This document shows, piece after piece, positions 52,204 to 63,813 of a DNA stretch of 64,000 nt. The DNA comes from Bacilli bacterium (lineage in GTDB: Bacteria; Bacillota_I; Bacilli_A; ML615J-28; CAG-698). The notes under the pieces were generated by a model. That model was not told the origin of the DNA. It saw only the letters and a program-made list of their open reading frames with translations, and made no database searches. The position numbers were made by a program, and so were the translations under genes. The stretch's first letter is position 1. Every line of letters starts with the position of its first letter. The DNA is taken from assembly GCA_050953065.1 (NCBI GenBank), contig JBMNLZ010000002.1, forward strand, positions 125,906 through 189,905, read 5' to 3'.

Positions 52204-52554
52204 ATGGAAAATATGGCAACAGAATCAATTGCAATCGCCAAAATGGTACGTATTTCTGCTAGGAAAGTAAGGTTGGTTGTTGATTTAATTAGAGGGAAAA
52301 GTTTAGCTGAAGCATTAGCAATTTTAAAATTAACTCCAAGAGCAGCTAGCGTTCCAGTTAGTAAAGTTGTAAAATCGGCTGCAGCAAATGCAGAACATAA
52401 TGATAAATTAGATAAGAATAAATTATATATTAAAAAAATCGTTGTTGATGAAGGACCAACAATGAAAAGATTCCTTGCAAGAGCAAAAGGAAGAGCTGGT
52501 TCAATTTTTAAAAGAACAAGTCACATTACTGTAGTCCTTGCAGAGAAAGAATAA
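52204..52554 (+). CDS. rplV: 50S ribosomal protein L22
   Basis: Conserved L22; start adjusted (track start 52141 lies inside rpsS). Confidence 0.93.
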   Translation: MENMATESIAIAKMVRISARKVRLVVDLIRGKSLAEALAILKLTPRAASVPVSKVVKSAAANAEHNDKLDKNKLYIKKIVVDEGPTMKRFLARAKGRAGSIFKRTSHITVVLAEKE

Positions 52555-52567
52555 AGGAGGGAACTTA

Positions 52568-53218
52568 ATGGGTCAAAAAGTTAATCCAAATGGAATGCGT
52601 TTAGGTATAATTCGTACTTGGGATTCTAAGTGGTATGCAAGCAAGTTAGAAGTTCCTAGTTTATTACATGAAGATTTGAAACTTAGAGAATTTGTAAGTG
52701 AATTTTATAAGAAAGCCTATGTTTCAAAAATTGAAATAGAAAGAGCTAAACAACGTATTATGTTAACAATCTATACAGCTAAGCCTGGGATTGTTATTGG
52801 ACGTGAAGGCTCTACAAAAAAAGAATTGGTATCAATTCTAGAAAAGAAAACTGGTAAAACAGTATTCATTAATATTGTTGAAATCAAAAATCCAGACTTA
52901 GATGCAGCACTTGTTGCAAGAAATATCGCTGAACAATTAGAAAGCAGAGCATCTTTTAGACGTGTTCAAAAAATGGCAATCCAAAGAACTATGAAAGCAG
53001 GAGCTAAAGGAATTAAAACTTCTATTTCAGGACGTTTAGGTGGAGCTGAAATGGCACGTAGAGAAGGTTATAGTGAAGGGACTGTTCCTTTACATACTCT
53101 AAGAGCAGATATTGATTTTGCTATAGCTGAGGCTAATACTACTTATGGTAAATTAGGTGTAAAAGTATGGATTTGTAAAGGAGAAGTTTTACCAACTAAG
53201 AAGAAGGAGGCAAAGTAA
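52568..53218 (+). CDS. rpsC: 30S ribosomal protein S3
   Basis: [13 protein letters not shown]; SD AAGGAGGG; start adjusted. Confidence 0.97.
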   Translation: MGQKVNPNGMRLGIIRTWDSKWYASKLEVPSLLHEDLKLREFVSEFYKKAYVSKIEIERAKQRIMLTIYTAKPGIVIGREGSTKKELVSILEKKTGKTVFINIVEIKNPDLDAALVARNIAEQLESRASFRRVQKMAIQRTMKAGAKGIKTSISGRLGGAEMARREGYSEGTVPLHTLRADIDFAIAEANTTYGKLGVKVWICKGEVLPTKKKEAK

Positions 53219-53219
53219 T

Positions 53220-53645
53220 ATGTTAATGCCTAAAAGAACAAAATTTCGTAGACCTCATCGTGTTAGTTACGAAGGTAAAGCAAAAGGCGCAACAGCTTTA
53301 GAATATGGTGAATATGGCTTACAAGCAACAAAAGGCGCTTGGATTACAAGTAGACAAATCGAAGCATCGCGTATTGCTATTACTCGTTATATGAAACGTG
53401 TAGGTAATGTTTGGATAAGAATCTTCCCTCATATGGGACTTACTAAAAAACCTTTAGAAGTTCGTATGGGTGGTGGGAAAGGTGCTCCTGAGGAATTCGT
53501 TGCAGTTGTTAAAAAAGGTACTATCATGTTTGAAGTTGGTGGTGTAGATGATGCAACTGCTCGTGAAGCATTAAGATTAGCATCTCATAAATTACCAGTT
53601 ACAACTAAAATAGTTGTTAAAGAAAGTGGTGAGTTAAATGGCTAA
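53220..53645 (+). CDS. rplP: 50S ribosomal protein L16
   Basis: Conserved L16. Confidence 0.97.
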   Translation: MLMPKRTKFRRPHRVSYEGKAKGATALEYGEYGLQATKGAWITSRQIEASRIAITRYMKRVGNVWIRIFPHMGLTKKPLEVRMGGGKGAPEEFVAVVKKGTIMFEVGGVDDATAREALRLASHKLPVTTKIVVKESGELNG

Positions 53646-54111
53646 TACAAAAACTGAAACTAAAAAAGAAGTAACTACTAGTTCAACAGCTACTGCGAAA
53701 ACTACTACTAAAGCTACTCCAAAAGCAACTGCAAAAGCAGCTGAAAAAGCTACTCCAAAAACAGCTTCTAAAACTACAGTAAAAGCTACTCCGAAAGTAG
53801 CAGAAAAAGCAACTGCAAAAACAGCTTCTAAAACTACTGTTAAAGCTGATGCTTCAAAAGCAAGTGCTAAAAAAGAAACTAAAAAGGAAACTAAAAAAGA
53901 AGTAGTTCGCCAACCAAAAACTGCTGTAATTAGAGAAATGGATGTTGTAAGTATTGAAAAAGAAATTGCAGAATTAAAGAAAGAATTATTTAATATGCGT
54001 TTCCAAAGCGCTGTTGGAAAATTAGAAAATACAGCAGCAATTAAAAAAGCTAGAAAGCAAATTGCACGTATGAAAACTATTCTTACTGAACGTGCTGATG
54101 CGCTTAAATAG
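53638..54111 (+). CDS. rpmC: 50S ribosomal protein L29 with an about 100-aa N-terminal Lys/Ala/Thr-rich repeat extension
   Basis: C-terminal 57 aa is a typical L29; in-frame upstream low-complexity repeat; ATG overlaps the rplP stop. Confidence 0.8.
   Translation: MANTKTETKKEVTTSSTATAKTTTKATPKATAKAAEKATPKTASKTTVKATPKVAEKATAKTASKTTVKADASKASAKKETKKETKKEVVRQPKTAVIREMDVVSIEKEIAELKKELFNMRFQSAVGKLENTAAIKKARKQIARMKTILTERADALK
53690..53870 (+). repeat. Imperfect tandem nucleotide repeats (about 60 nt unit) encoding K/A/T-rich peptide repeats inside rpmC
   Basis: Repeated AAAGCTACTCC(A/G)AAAG...GCAACTGCAAAA...ACAGCTTCTAAAACTAC units read directly. Confidence 0.7.
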
Positions 54112-54123
54112 GAGGCTTATATT

Positions 54124-54384
54124 ATGGAAAGAAATAGACGTAAAGTATATGTTGGCAAAGTTGTTGCTGATGTAGAAGATAAAACAATTAAAGTTGAAAT
54201 AACTACTTATAAAAAGCATGCTTTATATAGCAAAAGAGTTATTTACACAAAGAAATTTACTGCTCATGATGAAGAAAATCAAGCAAAAGTAGGCGATATT
54301 GTTAAAATAATGGCTACAAGACCTCTTTCAAAAACTAAGAGATATCGTTTGATTGAAATTGTTGAAAAAGCAGTAGTTCTATAA
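54124..54384 (+). CDS. rpsQ: 30S ribosomal protein S17
   Basis: Conserved S17. Confidence 0.95.
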   Translation: MERNRRKVYVGKVVADVEDKTIKVEITTYKKHALYSKRVIYTKKFTAHDEENQAKVGDIVKIMATRPLSKTKRYRLIEIVEKAVVL

Positions 54385-54397
54385 GGAGGCATAAGAT

Positions 54398-54766
54398 ATG
54401 ATACAACAAGAATCGAGATTGCGTATAGCTGATAATTCAGGGGCCAAAGAAATTTTAACAATTAAAGTTTTAGGTGGTACTAGAAGACGTTATGCTAACA
54501 TTGGAGATATTATTGTAGCTACAGTTAAATCTTCAACTCCTGGTGGAACAGTTAAAAAAGGTGAAATTGTAAAAGCAGTTATAGTAAGAACAAAAAGCGG
54601 TTTAAGAAGAAGTGATGGAAGTTATATTAAGTTTGATGATAACGCTGCTGTTATTATTAAAGAAGATAAATCTCCAAAAGGTACTCGTATTTTCGGGCCA
54701 GTTGCTCGTGAATTAAGAGATAAGGATTTTACAAAAATCATTTCTTTGGCCCCTGAAGTTCTATAA
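54398..54766 (+). CDS. rplN: 50S ribosomal protein L14
   Basis: Conserved L14 ([18 protein letters not shown]). Confidence 0.97.
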   Translation: MIQQESRLRIADNSGAKEILTIKVLGGTRRRYANIGDIIVATVKSSTPGGTVKKGEIVKAVIVRTKSGLRRSDGSYIKFDDNAAVIIKEDKSPKGTRIFGPVARELRDKDFTKIISLAPEVL

Positions 54767-54777
54767 GGAGGTCCTAA

Positions 54778-55089
54778 ATGAAGATTAAAAAAGGTGATAC
54801 TGTTAAGATTATTAGCGGGAATCATAAAAATCAAACAGGAAAAGTATTAAAAGTATTAGTAAAAGAAAATAGGGTTGTAGTTGAAGGAATGAATGTTGCA
54901 TCTCGCCATACAAAACCATCTAACGCACACCCTAATGGTGGTATTGTTAAAAAAGAAATGCCAATGGATGTTTCTAATGTACAATTGATAGATCCATCTA
55001 CTAATAAAGCAGGGCGTGTTGGTTATAAAATAGAAAATGGTAAAAAGATTCGCGTTTTCAAAAAAACTAATACTGCACTAGATAAGTAG
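54778..55089 (+). CDS. rplX: 50S ribosomal protein L24
   Basis: Conserved L24 ([14 protein letters not shown]). Confidence 0.95.
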   Translation: MKIKKGDTVKIISGNHKNQTGKVLKVLVKENRVVVEGMNVASRHTKPSNAHPNGGIVKKEMPMDVSNVQLIDPSTNKAGRVGYKIENGKKIRVFKKTNTALDK

Positions 55090-55104
55090 TTAGGAGGAAG
55101 AAGA

Positions 55105-55644
55105 ATGAATCGTGTCTTAGGAAATTATAAAAAAAATATACAAAAGGCTTTAATGAAACAATTCTCATATACATCTATTATGCAAGTTCCTAAACTTGAA
55201 AAAATAGTTGTTAATATGGGTGTTGGAGATGCTATTCAAAACGCTAAATTAATTGAAGCTGCGTTTGAAGATTTAAAAACAATTACTGGTCAAAAACCTG
55301 TAATCACATATGCTAAAAAATCAATCGCTGCTTTTAAATTAAGAGAAGGTGTTGCTATTGGATGTAAGGTAACTTTACGAGGTGAGAGAATGTATGAGTT
55401 CTTTGATAAACTTATATCAGTATCTTTACCACGTGTTCGTGACTTTAGAGGTTTAAGCAAAGAGTCTTTTGATGGCCGTGGCAATTATACTTTAGGGATC
55501 AAGGAACAATTAATCTTCCCAGAAATAGTTTACGACAAGGTTGTAAAGGTTAGAGGGATGGATATTGTAATTGTAACTACAGCTAAGTCTGATGAAGAAG
55601 GCAGAGCACTACTTGGTCAACTAGGTATGCCATTTAAGAAATAA
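55105..55644 (+). CDS. rplE: 50S ribosomal protein L5
   Basis: Conserved L5. Confidence 0.97.
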   Translation: MNRVLGNYKKNIQKALMKQFSYTSIMQVPKLEKIVVNMGVGDAIQNAKLIEAAFEDLKTITGQKPVITYAKKSIAAFKLREGVAIGCKVTLRGERMYEFFDKLISVSLPRVRDFRGLSKESFDGRGNYTLGIKEQLIFPEIVYDKVVKVRGMDIVIVTTAKSDEEGRALLGQLGMPFKK

Positions 55645-55655
55645 GGAGGCGACTT

Positions 55656-55841
55656 ATGGCTAAAACATCTTTAAGAATTAAAAATAAACGTAAACCTAAA
55701 TTTAAGGTTAGAGAATATACACGTTGTGAGCGCTGTGGAAGACCTCATGCTGTGTATCGTAAATTTAAACTATGCCGCTTGTGTTTTAGAGAATTAGCGC
55801 AAAAGGGACAAATCCCTGGCGTTACTAAAGCAAGTTGGTAA
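55656..55841 (+). CDS. rpsN: 30S ribosomal protein S14, type Z (zinc-binding)
   Basis: 61 aa; [20 protein letters not shown] zinc ribbon. Confidence 0.95.
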   Translation: MAKTSLRIKNKRKPKFKVREYTRCERCGRPHAVYRKFKLCRLCFRELAQKGQIPGVTKASW

Positions 55842-55867
55842 TAATAAATTGGAAGGAGGCCATATAA

Positions 55868-56266
55868 ATGGTAATGACTGATCCAATTGCTGATATGCTT
55901 ACACGTATTAGAAATGCTAATCAAGCAAAACAAGAAACTGTAATGATACCAGCATCAAAAATCAAGTTAGAAATTTTAAATGTTATTAAAAATGAAGGTT
56001 ACATTACTGACATTGAAAAAATCGAAGATGGTGTTCAAGGTCAATTAAAAGTAACAATGAAGTATACTGATAAAAAAGAAAGAGTAATTAAAGGAATTAC
56101 GCGTATTTCTAAACCTGGATTACGTGTTTATGCAAAAGCTGTGGAATTACCAAAAGTATTAAATGGTTTAGGCATTGCAATAGTATCAACATCAAATGGA
56201 GTTATGACTGATCGCGAAGCTCGTCAAAAGAGCTATGGCGGTGAAGTTATTGCTTACGTTTGGTAG
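55868..56266 (+). CDS. rpsH: 30S ribosomal protein S8
   Basis: Conserved S8 ([13 protein letters not shown]). Confidence 0.97.
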   Translation: MVMTDPIADMLTRIRNANQAKQETVMIPASKIKLEILNVIKNEGYITDIEKIEDGVQGQLKVTMKYTDKKERVIKGITRISKPGLRVYAKAVELPKVLNGLGIAIVSTSNGVMTDREARQKSYGGEVIAYVW

Positions 56267-56279
56267 AAAAGGGGGAAAT

Positions 56280-56819
56280 ATGTCTCGTATAGGAAATAAA
56301 ATTATTCAACTTAAAAGTGGAGTTAGTGTGGATGTAAAGGATAATTTAGTATCTGTAAAGGGTCCTAAAGGTGAATTATCTTATGCAATAAATCCGGAAA
56401 TGAAAATTGAAATCGATGGTACTGAATTAAAAATAATTAGACCAAGTGATTCAATTAGACATAAAACTCTTCATGGAACAACTAGAGCATTAATTCATAA
56501 TATGGTAGAAGGTGTTTCAGAAGGATATACTAAAACACTTGAAATTACTGGTGTTGGATACAGAGCAAAAGCAAATGGTAGAGTATTAGAAGTTAACGCT
56601 GGATATTCTCATCCTGTTAATTTAAATGTTCCAGAAGGATTAAATGCAGATACTCCAAGTCCAACTGAAATAATAATTACTGGAATTGATAAACAAAAAG
56701 TTGGTCAATTTGCATCTGAAGTTAGAGCTATTCGTCTTCCTGAACCTTATAAAGGAAAAGGTATCCGTTATAAAGGTGAAGTTATTCGTCGTAAAGAAGG
56801 CAAGAAAGAAAAGAAATAG
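56280..56819 (+). CDS. rplF: 50S ribosomal protein L6
   Basis: Conserved L6 (MSRIGNKII); start adjusted. Confidence 0.95.
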   Translation: MSRIGNKIIQLKSGVSVDVKDNLVSVKGPKGELSYAINPEMKIEIDGTELKIIRPSDSIRHKTLHGTTRALIHNMVEGVSEGYTKTLEITGVGYRAKANGRVLEVNAGYSHPVNLNVPEGLNADTPSPTEIIITGIDKQKVGQFASEVRAIRLPEPYKGKGIRYKGEVIRRKEGKKEKK

Positions 56820-56836
56820 AAAGGAGCATTATAAAA

Positions 56837-57199
56837 GTGATTATAAAAAAGTCGCGTAATGAAACAAGACAAAAACGTCATTTACGCATTCGTCAAAGTA
56901 TAATTGGGACATCTGATATTCCACGTTTAAATGTTTTCCGTTCTAACACTAATATTTATGCTCAAATAATTGATGACAGCAAAGGAGTAACATTAGTTAG
57001 TGCTTCAAGTGGTGAAAAAGAATTGAAATTAAAAAACGGTTCAAATATTGAAGCTGCCAAAGCTGTTGGCAAATTAGTCGCTGAAAGAGCAAAAGAAAAG
57101 AAAATTAAAGCTATCGTATTCGATCGTGGTGGTTATTTATATCATGGTAGAGTAAAAGCGTTAGCTGAAGCTGCTCGTGAAGCTGGCTTGAAGTTTTAG
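56837..57199 (+). CDS. rplR: 50S ribosomal protein L18 (GTG start)
   Basis: Conserved L18. Confidence 0.93.
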   Translation: MIIKKSRNETRQKRHLRIRQSIIGTSDIPRLNVFRSNTNIYAQIIDDSKGVTLVSASSGEKELKLKNGSNIEAAKAVGKLVAERAKEKKIKAIVFDRGGYLYHGRVKALAEAAREAGLKF

Positions 57200-57211
57200 G
57201 GGGTAATATTT

Positions 57212-57745
57212 ATGATGCGTGATGCAAAAGAAAAAAGACCTAATAAAAAAGAGGCAGTTAGTGTTGTTGATAAAACGTTTGAAGAACGTGTTGTAAGCAT
57301 TAACCATGTAACAAAAGTTGTTAAAGGTGGTAGAAGATATCGTTTTAACGCTGTTGTTGTGGTTGGTGATAAAAATGGACGTGTAGGCGTAGGGACTGGT
57401 AAGGCTAATGAAGTTCCTGATGCAGTTAAAAAAGCAGTAGAAGACGCTAAAAAGAATTTGATTAAAGTAGAAATGGTTAATAGTACAATTCCTCATGCTG
57501 TAACTGGTGTTTATGGTGGTGGAAAAGTATTTTTAAAACCTGCAAAAGATGGTACGGGAGTTATCGCAGGAGGACCTGTCAGAGCCGTAGTAGAACTTGC
57601 TGGAATTTCTAATATTCTTTCAAAATCATTAGGATCAAACACTCCTATTAATATTGTTAGAGCAACAATTGAAGGCTTAAGAGAATTAAGAACAGTTGAA
57701 CAAGTTGCAGCTATTCGTGGGAAAGATGTAAAGGAGATTGTTTAA
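57212..57745 (+). CDS. rpsE: 30S ribosomal protein S5
   Basis: Conserved S5. Confidence 0.97.
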   Translation: MMRDAKEKRPNKKEAVSVVDKTFEERVVSINHVTKVVKGGRRYRFNAVVVVGDKNGRVGVGTGKANEVPDAVKKAVEDAKKNLIKVEMVNSTIPHAVTGVYGGGKVFLKPAKDGTGVIAGGPVRAVVELAGISNILSKSLGSNTPINIVRATIEGLRELRTVEQVAAIRGKDVKEIV

Positions 57746-57746
57746 T

Positions 57747-57938
57747 ATGGCAAAGAAAGAAAAGTTTATTACAATCAAATTAGTTAAAAGTGGAATTGCT
57801 AGAAAACCAAATCAAACAAAGACTTTAAAAGCTTTAGGTTTAAACAAGATTAATCAACAAGTAACTAAAACTGATAATGAAGCTGTTAGAGGAATGATCG
57901 CTACAGTTAGTCATTTAGTTGAAGTTGTTGAGAACTAG
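57747..57938 (+). CDS. rpmD: 50S ribosomal protein L30
   Basis: [15 protein letters not shown]; start adjusted. Confidence 0.93.
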   Translation: MAKKEKFITIKLVKSGIARKPNQTKTLKALGLNKINQQVTKTDNEAVRGMIATVSHLVEVVEN

Positions 57939-57948
57939 GAGGTTTAGC

Positions 57949-58389
57949 ATGAAATTACATGAATTAAAACCTGTTGAAGGTGCTCGTCATAGTAAAAAAC
58001 GTGTTGGTCGTGGGACTGGTTCTGGGCATGGAAAAACAAGTGGACGTGGCCATAAAGGACAAAACGCAAGAAGTGGCGGCGGAGTAAGAATTGCTTTTGA
58101 GGGTGGACAAACACCATTATTCAAAAGATTACCAAAAAGAGGCTTTACGAATATTAATCGTAAAGAATATGCAATCATTAATGTAGAAGAATTAAATTGT
58201 TTTAAAGACGGTAGTGAAGTTTCAATTAATGATTTTGTAAAACAAGGCTTAATTAATAAAAGATATGATGGTATCAAAGTTTTAGGAAATGGTAAGTTAA
58301 ACGTTAAGTTAACTGTTAAGGCTAATAAATTTTCTAAATCAGCTGAAAAGATTATTACAGATGCTGGTGGAAAAACAGAGGTGATTTAA
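57949..58389 (+). CDS. rplO: 50S ribosomal protein L15
   Basis: MKLHELKP...; SD AGGAGG; start adjusted. Confidence 0.95.
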   Translation: MKLHELKPVEGARHSKKRVGRGTGSGHGKTSGRGHKGQNARSGGGVRIAFEGGQTPLFKRLPKRGFTNINRKEYAIINVEELNCFKDGSEVSINDFVKQGLINKRYDGIKVLGNGKLNVKLTVKANKFSKSAEKIITDAGGKTEVI

Positions 58390-59702
58390 TGGCTGCTTTT
58401 AAAAACTCGAAATTTTGGGGTAAGGTTAAGGCTTTTTTCAAAAATAAGATAACAATAATGTTATTATTTACTGCATTGTTTTTGCTTATTTATAGATTAG
58501 GAGTTTTCATCCAACTACCATTTATAGATAGAGATTTTTATACAGATATATCTTCTTCAATGTTTGGATTTTTAGATGTATTTAGTGGTGGAGCACTATC
58601 TAATTTTTCAATTTTAGCATTAGGTATTAGCCCATATATTACTTCATCTATTATTATTCAACTTTTAAAAATGGATATTATTCCAGTTTTAAAGGAATGG
58701 GATGAAGAAGGTGAAACAGGAAAACAAAAATTAAATCAATTAACTAAATATTTAGCACTTGGTTTGGCTTTTGTTCAATCACTAACTTTAACTGTTGGAA
58801 TTTCAGTTACATATGAAAATACATTATTCATCGCTGGTACTGATGTTACACCATTCTTATTCGTGTATTTAGCAATTGTTGCAACTGCAGGTACTGCATT
58901 TGTTTTATGGCTTGCTGAAAAAATCACTCAAAAAGGAATTGGTAATGGTACTAGTATGATTATCGTAGCTGGTATTTTAGCATCTTATCCTGAAATGTTT
59001 AGTGAATTAATTAAGAAATATTTAATTCAAGGCGGAGGAAAGGCTAGCAATATTATTACTTTCTTTGTAGTATTAATTCTATTTATAGCAATCATCGTTG
59101 GTGTTGTTTATATGGAAGCAGCACAAAGAAAAGTTCCAATTCAATATGCAAACAGACCAGCAACTTCTGCTTTTAGAGGAAAACATGATTCAAATATTCC
59201 AATTAAATTAAATTCGGCATCTGTAATTCCAGTTATCTTTGCTGGTACTTTAATGAGTATTCCAACAACGATAGTTAACTTTATGGATGAAACTAATACA
59301 ACATATTGGATTAAAGAAATCTTCAGTTATACAAAACCAATTGGCTTTGTATTATATATCATTTTAATTTTTGTGTTTTCATTCTTTTATTCATTCTTAC
59401 AAATGGATCCAGATAGAATGTCTGAAAACCTACAAAAACAAAATGCTTATATTCCAGGGATTAGACCAGGAGCTGAAACTGCATCTTATATTTCAAGATT
59501 AATTTTTAAGATTACAATGTTAGGTGCAACATATCTTGCAATTATTGCAGCGATTCCAATTGTTATGAGTTTAATATTTGATCTACCACCATCATTCCAA
59601 ATTGGTGGAACAAGTTTAATCATTGTTGTAGGTGTAGCTACTGAAACTGTTAAACAATTAAAAACTGAAAAACAAGAAAAGCAATATCGCGGATTTATAT
59701 AA
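58389..59702 (+). CDS. secY: Preprotein translocase subunit SecY
   Basis: 10-TM protein with SecY conserved regions; operon position. Confidence 0.97.
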   Translation: MAAFKNSKFWGKVKAFFKNKITIMLLFTALFLLIYRLGVFIQLPFIDRDFYTDISSSMFGFLDVFSGGALSNFSILALGISPYITSSIIIQLLKMDIIPVLKEWDEEGETGKQKLNQLTKYLALGLAFVQSLTLTVGISVTYENTLFIAGTDVTPFLFVYLAIVATAGTAFVLWLAEKITQKGIGNGTSMIIVAGILASYPEMFSELIKKYLIQGGGKASNIITFFVVLILFIAIIVGVVYMEAAQRKVPIQYANRPATSAFRGKHDSNIPIKLNSASVIPVIFAGTLMSIPTTIVNFMDETNTTYWIKEIFSYTKPIGFVLYIILIFVFSFFYSFLQMDPDRMSENLQKQNAYIPGIRPGAETASYISRLIFKITMLGATYLAIIAAIPIVMSLIFDLPPSFQIGGTSLIIVVGVATETVKQLKTEKQEKQYRGFI

Positions 59703-59715
59703 GAGGGTGAATATT

Positions 59716-60366
59716 GTGCGTTTGTTATTAATGGGAGCTCCTGGCGCAGGCAAGGGAACTCAAGCTGCTGTATTAAAAGATGCGTATAATATTCCCCACA
59801 TTTCTACCGGTGATATGTTTAGAGAAGCAATTAAACTTGATTCTTTGCTAGGGAAGAAAGTCAAAGCTTATATGGACAAGGGTGAATTAGTACCAGATAT
59901 GGTTACAGTTGAAGTAATGGAAGAGCGTCTAATGAAAGATGACTGTAAGAATGGTTTTTTACTAGATGGCTATCCTAGAACTTTACAACAAGGTTATGAA
60001 TTAGACAAACTACTTAAAAAACTTAATATTAAATTAGATAAAGTACTGTACTTTAAAGTAGAGGAAGATTTATTAATTAAAAGAATTTTAGGTAGAAGAG
60101 TTTGTACGAAGTGTGGCGCTGGCTACAATGTCGTTTCTTTAAAACCACAAGTTGATGGAGTATGCGATGTTTGTGGCGGTGAACTAGTTTCAAGAAAAGA
60201 TGATACTTATGAAACAATTAAAAATAGAATCTTAGTTTATAAAAATCAAACTAAGCCTTTGTTTAAGTATTATGCTAAACAAGGAATTCTTGTAGAGTTA
60301 GATGGTTCTAAAGATTATCAGGATACATTTCTTGAAATTAAAGAAATTCTTGGAGGAATTGAATGA
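59716..60366 (+). CDS. adk: Adenylate kinase (zinc-lid type)
   Basis: P-loop GAPGAGKGTQ; lid CTKCGAGYN...CDVCGGEL; probable GTG start; TGA stop. Confidence 0.95.
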   Translation: MRLLLMGAPGAGKGTQAAVLKDAYNIPHISTGDMFREAIKLDSLLGKKVKAYMDKGELVPDMVTVEVMEERLMKDDCKNGFLLDGYPRTLQQGYELDKLLKKLNIKLDKVLYFKVEEDLLIKRILGRRVCTKCGAGYNVVSLKPQVDGVCDVCGGELVSRKDDTYETIKNRILVYKNQTKPLFKYYAKQGILVELDGSKDYQDTFLEIKEILGGIE

Positions 60367-61133
60367 TCACAATTAAAAGTGAACGCGAAATTCAATTAAT
60401 GAAAAAGGCTGGCCAAATTGTAGCTTTAGCTTTAAAAGAAGTAGAAAAAGCAATTAAGCCTGGTGTCAGTACTTATGAATTAGACAAGTTAGTTGAAAGA
60501 ATAATTTTGGAAAATGATGCTACGCCTTCATTTAAGGGGTATGGTGGATTTCCTGGGTCTATTTGCGCGTCAGTTAATAATGTTGTGGTTCACGGTATTC
60601 CTAGTAAAAAAATGATTTTAAAAGAGGGTGACATTATTGCTATTGATGTAGGTGCTTGTTATCAAGGCTATCATGGCGATAGTGCAGTAACGTTTGCTGT
60701 TGGTAAGATTAGTGAGGCTCGTCAAAGATTAATTAATGTAACCAAAGAGGCGTTATATGAAGGACTCAAATTTGCTCAACCCAATAATCGTTTATCAGAT
60801 GTTTCTCACGCTATTGAAAAGTATGTTTTAGAAAACAATTTTAATGTTGTTAAAGAATTTACTGGACATGGTATCGGGAAAGCATTGCATGAGGATCCTT
60901 ACATTCCAAATTTCGGAGAACCAGGACAAGGTCCGTTATTAAAAGAAGGAATGGCTTTAGCCATTGAACCAATGGTTAATGCAGGGACTTCCAAAGTAAA
61001 GATATTACAAGATAATTGGACTACTGTAACACTAGATAAATCAGATAGTGCACATTTTGAACATACAGTAGTGATAACTAAAACAGGTCATATGATCTTA
61101 ACAAAGTTAGAAGGGAGTGAATTTGATGTCTAA
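60363..61133 (+). CDS. map: Methionine aminopeptidase type I
   Basis: Conserved MetAP-I sequence; operon position. Confidence 0.95.
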   Translation: MITIKSEREIQLMKKAGQIVALALKEVEKAIKPGVSTYELDKLVERIILENDATPSFKGYGGFPGSICASVNNVVVHGIPSKKMILKEGDIIAIDVGACYQGYHGDSAVTFAVGKISEARQRLINVTKEALYEGLKFAQPNNRLSDVSHAIEKYVLENNFNVVKEFTGHGIGKALHEDPYIPNFGEPGQGPLLKEGMALAIEPMVNAGTSKVKILQDNWTTVTLDKSDSAHFEHTVVITKTGHMILTKLEGSEFDV

Positions 61134-61344
61134 AGAAGACGTTATTGAATTAAAAGGTACAGTTACAGATGCCTTGCCTAATGCAATTTTTAAAGTTACA
61201 TTAGAAAATGGGCATCAAATAGTGGCACACGTTTCTGGTAAAATACGTATGCATTACATAAATATTCTACCAGGTGATAAAGTAACTGTAGAACTGTCAC
61301 CATATGATGTAACACGTGGCCGTATTACTTATAGACATAAGTAG
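61126..61344 (+). CDS. infA: Translation initiation factor IF-1
   Basis: [13 protein letters not shown]...; start adjusted. Confidence 0.95.
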   Translation: MSKEDVIELKGTVTDALPNAIFKVTLENGHQIVAHVSGKIRMHYINILPGDKVTVELSPYDVTRGRITYRHK

Positions 61345-61367
61345 TTTTTAAGGAGGAAACAAAGAAT

Positions 61368-61481
61368 ATGAAAGTTAGACCATCGGTAAAACCGATTTGT
61401 GATCAATGTAAAATTATAAACCGTAAAGGTAAAGTTATGGTAATTTGTCAAAATCCAAAACATAAACAAAAACAAGGATAA
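61368..61481 (+). CDS. rpmJ: 50S ribosomal protein L36 (absent from the ORF track)
   Basis: [37 protein letters not shown]; SD AGGAGG; conserved infA-rpmJ-rpsM position. Confidence 0.95.
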   Translation: MKVRPSVKPICDQCKIINRKGKVMVICQNPKHKQKQG

Positions 61482-61496
61482 TTAGGAGGAAAATAA

Positions 61497-61862
61497 ATGG
61501 CACGTATTGCTGGTGTTGATATTCCGCGTGATAAAAGAGTAGTTATTTCATTAACTTATATTTTTGGTATTGGAAAAACAACATCTATTAAAATATTAGA
61601 AAAAGCAGGCGTTGATCAAAACAAACGCGTGAAGGATTTAAGTGAAGAAGAAATGGCGAATATTCGTCGTGAAATTGGTCTTTTAAAGGTTGAAGGAGAT
61701 TTACGACGTGACGTTTCTTTAAATATTAAAAGATTAATGGAAATTGGATGCTATAGTGGTATTCGTCATCGTCGTGGAATGCCTGTTAGAGGACAAAACA
61801 CAAGATGTAATGCTAGAACTCGTAAGGGTAAAGCTAAAACTGTAGCTAATAAAAGGAAGTAG
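61497..61862 (+). CDS. rpsM: 30S ribosomal protein S13
   Basis: [15 protein letters not shown]. Confidence 0.97.
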   Translation: MARIAGVDIPRDKRVVISLTYIFGIGKTTSIKILEKAGVDQNKRVKDLSEEEMANIRREIGLLKVEGDLRRDVSLNIKRLMEIGCYSGIRHRRGMPVRGQNTRCNARTRKGKAKTVANKRK

Positions 61863-61873
61863 GTGAGTAGATA

Positions 61874-62263
61874 ATGGCCGTTAAGAAAGTTCGTGCTAAA
61901 CGTAAAGTTAAAAAGAATATTCCGAATGGGATAGCTCATATTCACTCAACCTTTAATAATACAATTGTTACTATTACTGATGTTGATGGTAATGCAGTAA
62001 CATGGTCAAGTGCTGGTTCTTTAGGATTTAAGGGTAGTAAAAAATCTACTCCATTTGCTGCACAAATGGCATCTGAAGCTTGTGCAAAAGCTGCACTAGA
62101 TAGCGGAATGATGAAAGTTGAAGTAACTGTAAGAGGACCTGGTCCTGGTCGTGAGGCTGCTATTAGATCACTTCAAATTGCTGGATTAGAAATTACATCA
62201 ATCAAAGATGTAACTCCAATTCCACACAATGGTTGTAGACCACCGAAAAGACCTCGTGGTTAA
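61874..62263 (+). CDS. rpsK: 30S ribosomal protein S11
   Basis: Conserved S11. Confidence 0.97.
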   Translation: MAVKKVRAKRKVKKNIPNGIAHIHSTFNNTIVTITDVDGNAVTWSSAGSLGFKGSKKSTPFAAQMASEACAKAALDSGMMKVEVTVRGPGPGREAAIRSLQIAGLEITSIKDVTPIPHNGCRPPKRPRG

Positions 62264-62286
62264 TTGAAAAATAAGGAGGGTAACGA

Positions 62287-63435
62287 TTGAGAAAGTTTGA
62301 ATTTATTAAACCCAAAATTTCAGCTGAAATAAATGAAGCAGGAGATTATGGTAGATTTGTTATTGAACCATTAGAAAGAGGTTATGGAATTACTTTAGGT
62401 AATTCTTTAAGAAGAGTTATGTTATCTTCGATGCCTGGTGTTGCAATTTATGCAATGGCTCTTGAAGGAGTTGAGCATGAATTTATGGCTTTACCTGGGA
62501 TTTTAGAAGATGTAACTGAAATTATTTTAAACCTTAAAAATGTAGTTTTAACAATCTCAGAGGATATACTTTTCAAAGCAATCCCTAATGCAACAGAAGA
62601 AGTATATCGTCTAGAATTAAATGAAGTTGGCCCAAAGACTGTTACTGCAAAAGATTTTATTTGTAGTAGCGAGTTAACAATTGTTAATCCAGACTTAGTT
62701 ATTGCTAATTTAGAAACAGGCGCTACTTTAAAAGGAGAATTCTTTGCTAGAAGAAGCGTTGGTTATATTAGTGCAGAGACTAATAAGTCTTTAAATAAAG
62801 ATAAATCTGGAAATAAAATAATTGGCAGAATTGCAATTGATTCAATTTGTACTCCAGTTACTAAAGTACAATATGAAGTTGAAAAAGTACGACATGAAGA
62901 TAGTGTTGACTGTGATAGATTAGTTATCAGAGTATGGACAAATAATGCTATCAAAGCTCAAGATGCTATGTCGCTTGCTTCTAAGTTTTTGATTGATCAC
63001 TATTCAGTAATTTCAGAATTAAACGAAGCAATTAATGAAGATGAATATATTTATGAAAAAGCTGAAAAAGTATCTAATAAAAAATTAGAAAAACGTATTG
63101 AAGAGTTGGATTTATCAGTTCGTTCATACAACTGTTTAAAACGCGCAAACATCAATACAGTTGGAGAGTTAACTCTTAAGACTGAAGAAGAAATGATGAG
63201 AGTACGTAATTTAGGTAGAAAATCATTAAAAGAAGTAGTTCAAAAATTAAGAGAAATTGGACTTGATTTAAAGAGAACTTATGATTCTGATTATGATGAT
63301 GAAGACGTGGAAGAAGAAGATTATGATCTTTCTAAAACAATTCTTGATTTACCTAAACCAGGAGAAGACTCAAAAACAAAAGAAGATCAAGATGATGATG
63401 AAGATATTCTTGATTTAGATAAACAAGAAAAATAA
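62287..63435 (+). CDS. rpoA: DNA-directed RNA polymerase alpha subunit with an about 60-aa acidic C-terminal tail (probable TTG start)
   Basis: Conserved alpha NTD and CTD; extra D/E-rich C-terminus; 382 aa. Confidence 0.93.
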   Translation: MRKFEFIKPKISAEINEAGDYGRFVIEPLERGYGITLGNSLRRVMLSSMPGVAIYAMALEGVEHEFMALPGILEDVTEIILNLKNVVLTISEDILFKAIPNATEEVYRLELNEVGPKTVTAKDFICSSELTIVNPDLVIANLETGATLKGEFFARRSVGYISAETNKSLNKDKSGNKIIGRIAIDSICTPVTKVQYEVEKVRHEDSVDCDRLVIRVWTNNAIKAQDAMSLASKFLIDHYSVISELNEAINEDEYIYEKAEKVSNKKLEKRIEELDLSVRSYNCLKRANINTVGELTLKTEEEMMRVRNLGRKSLKEVVQKLREIGLDLKRTYDSDYDDEDVEEEDYDLSKTILDLPKPGEDSKTKEDQDDDEDILDLDKQEK

Positions 63436-63447
63436 GAGGAGGATATT

Positions 63448-63813
63448 ATGTCAAGAGGATATCGTAAATTAGGTCGTAATAGAGCTCAAAGAAAAGCCTT
63501 ATTAAGAGACCTAGTAACAGACTTAATTATAAATGACCGTATTGAAACTACTCTTCAAAAAGCTAAAGAACTACAAAAACTAGCTGATAAAATGGTAACA
63601 TTAGGTAAAGCTAACACTTTAGCTTCACGCCGTCAAGCAGCTCAAATGATAAGATTTGAATTAGTTAATGAAGAAGGACAATATGCAATTCAAAAATTGT
63701 TTTCTGAAATTGCTCCTCGCTATACTGAACGAAAAGGCGGTTATACTAGAGTATTAAAATTAGGCCCACGTCGTGGTGACTCTGCGATGATGGCAATTAT
63801 TGAATTTGTATAA
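63448..63813 (+). CDS. rplQ: 50S ribosomal protein L17
   Basis: Conserved L17. Confidence 0.97.
   Translation: MSRGYRKLGRNRAQRKALLRDLVTDLIINDRIETTLQKAKELQKLADKMVTLGKANTLASRRQAAQMIRFELVNEEGQYAIQKLFSEIAPRYTERKGGYTRVLKLGPRRGDSAMMAIIEFV

Noticed and set aside
49815-57496. Small antisense or alternative-frame ORFs inside ribosomal protein genes (e.g. 49815-50012, 50217-50483, 51887-52234, 54022-54219, 55290-55484, 57161-57496)
   Set aside because: Embedded in conserved ribosomal protein genes; no independent start signals.
50100-57949. Extended N-termini given by the ORF track for rplD, rplV, rpsC, rplF, rpmD, rplO and others
   Set aside because: Upstream in-frame codons overlap the preceding gene; canonical conserved N-termini with good SD sequences start further downstream, so starts were adjusted. 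Only the L29 extension was kept as potentially real.
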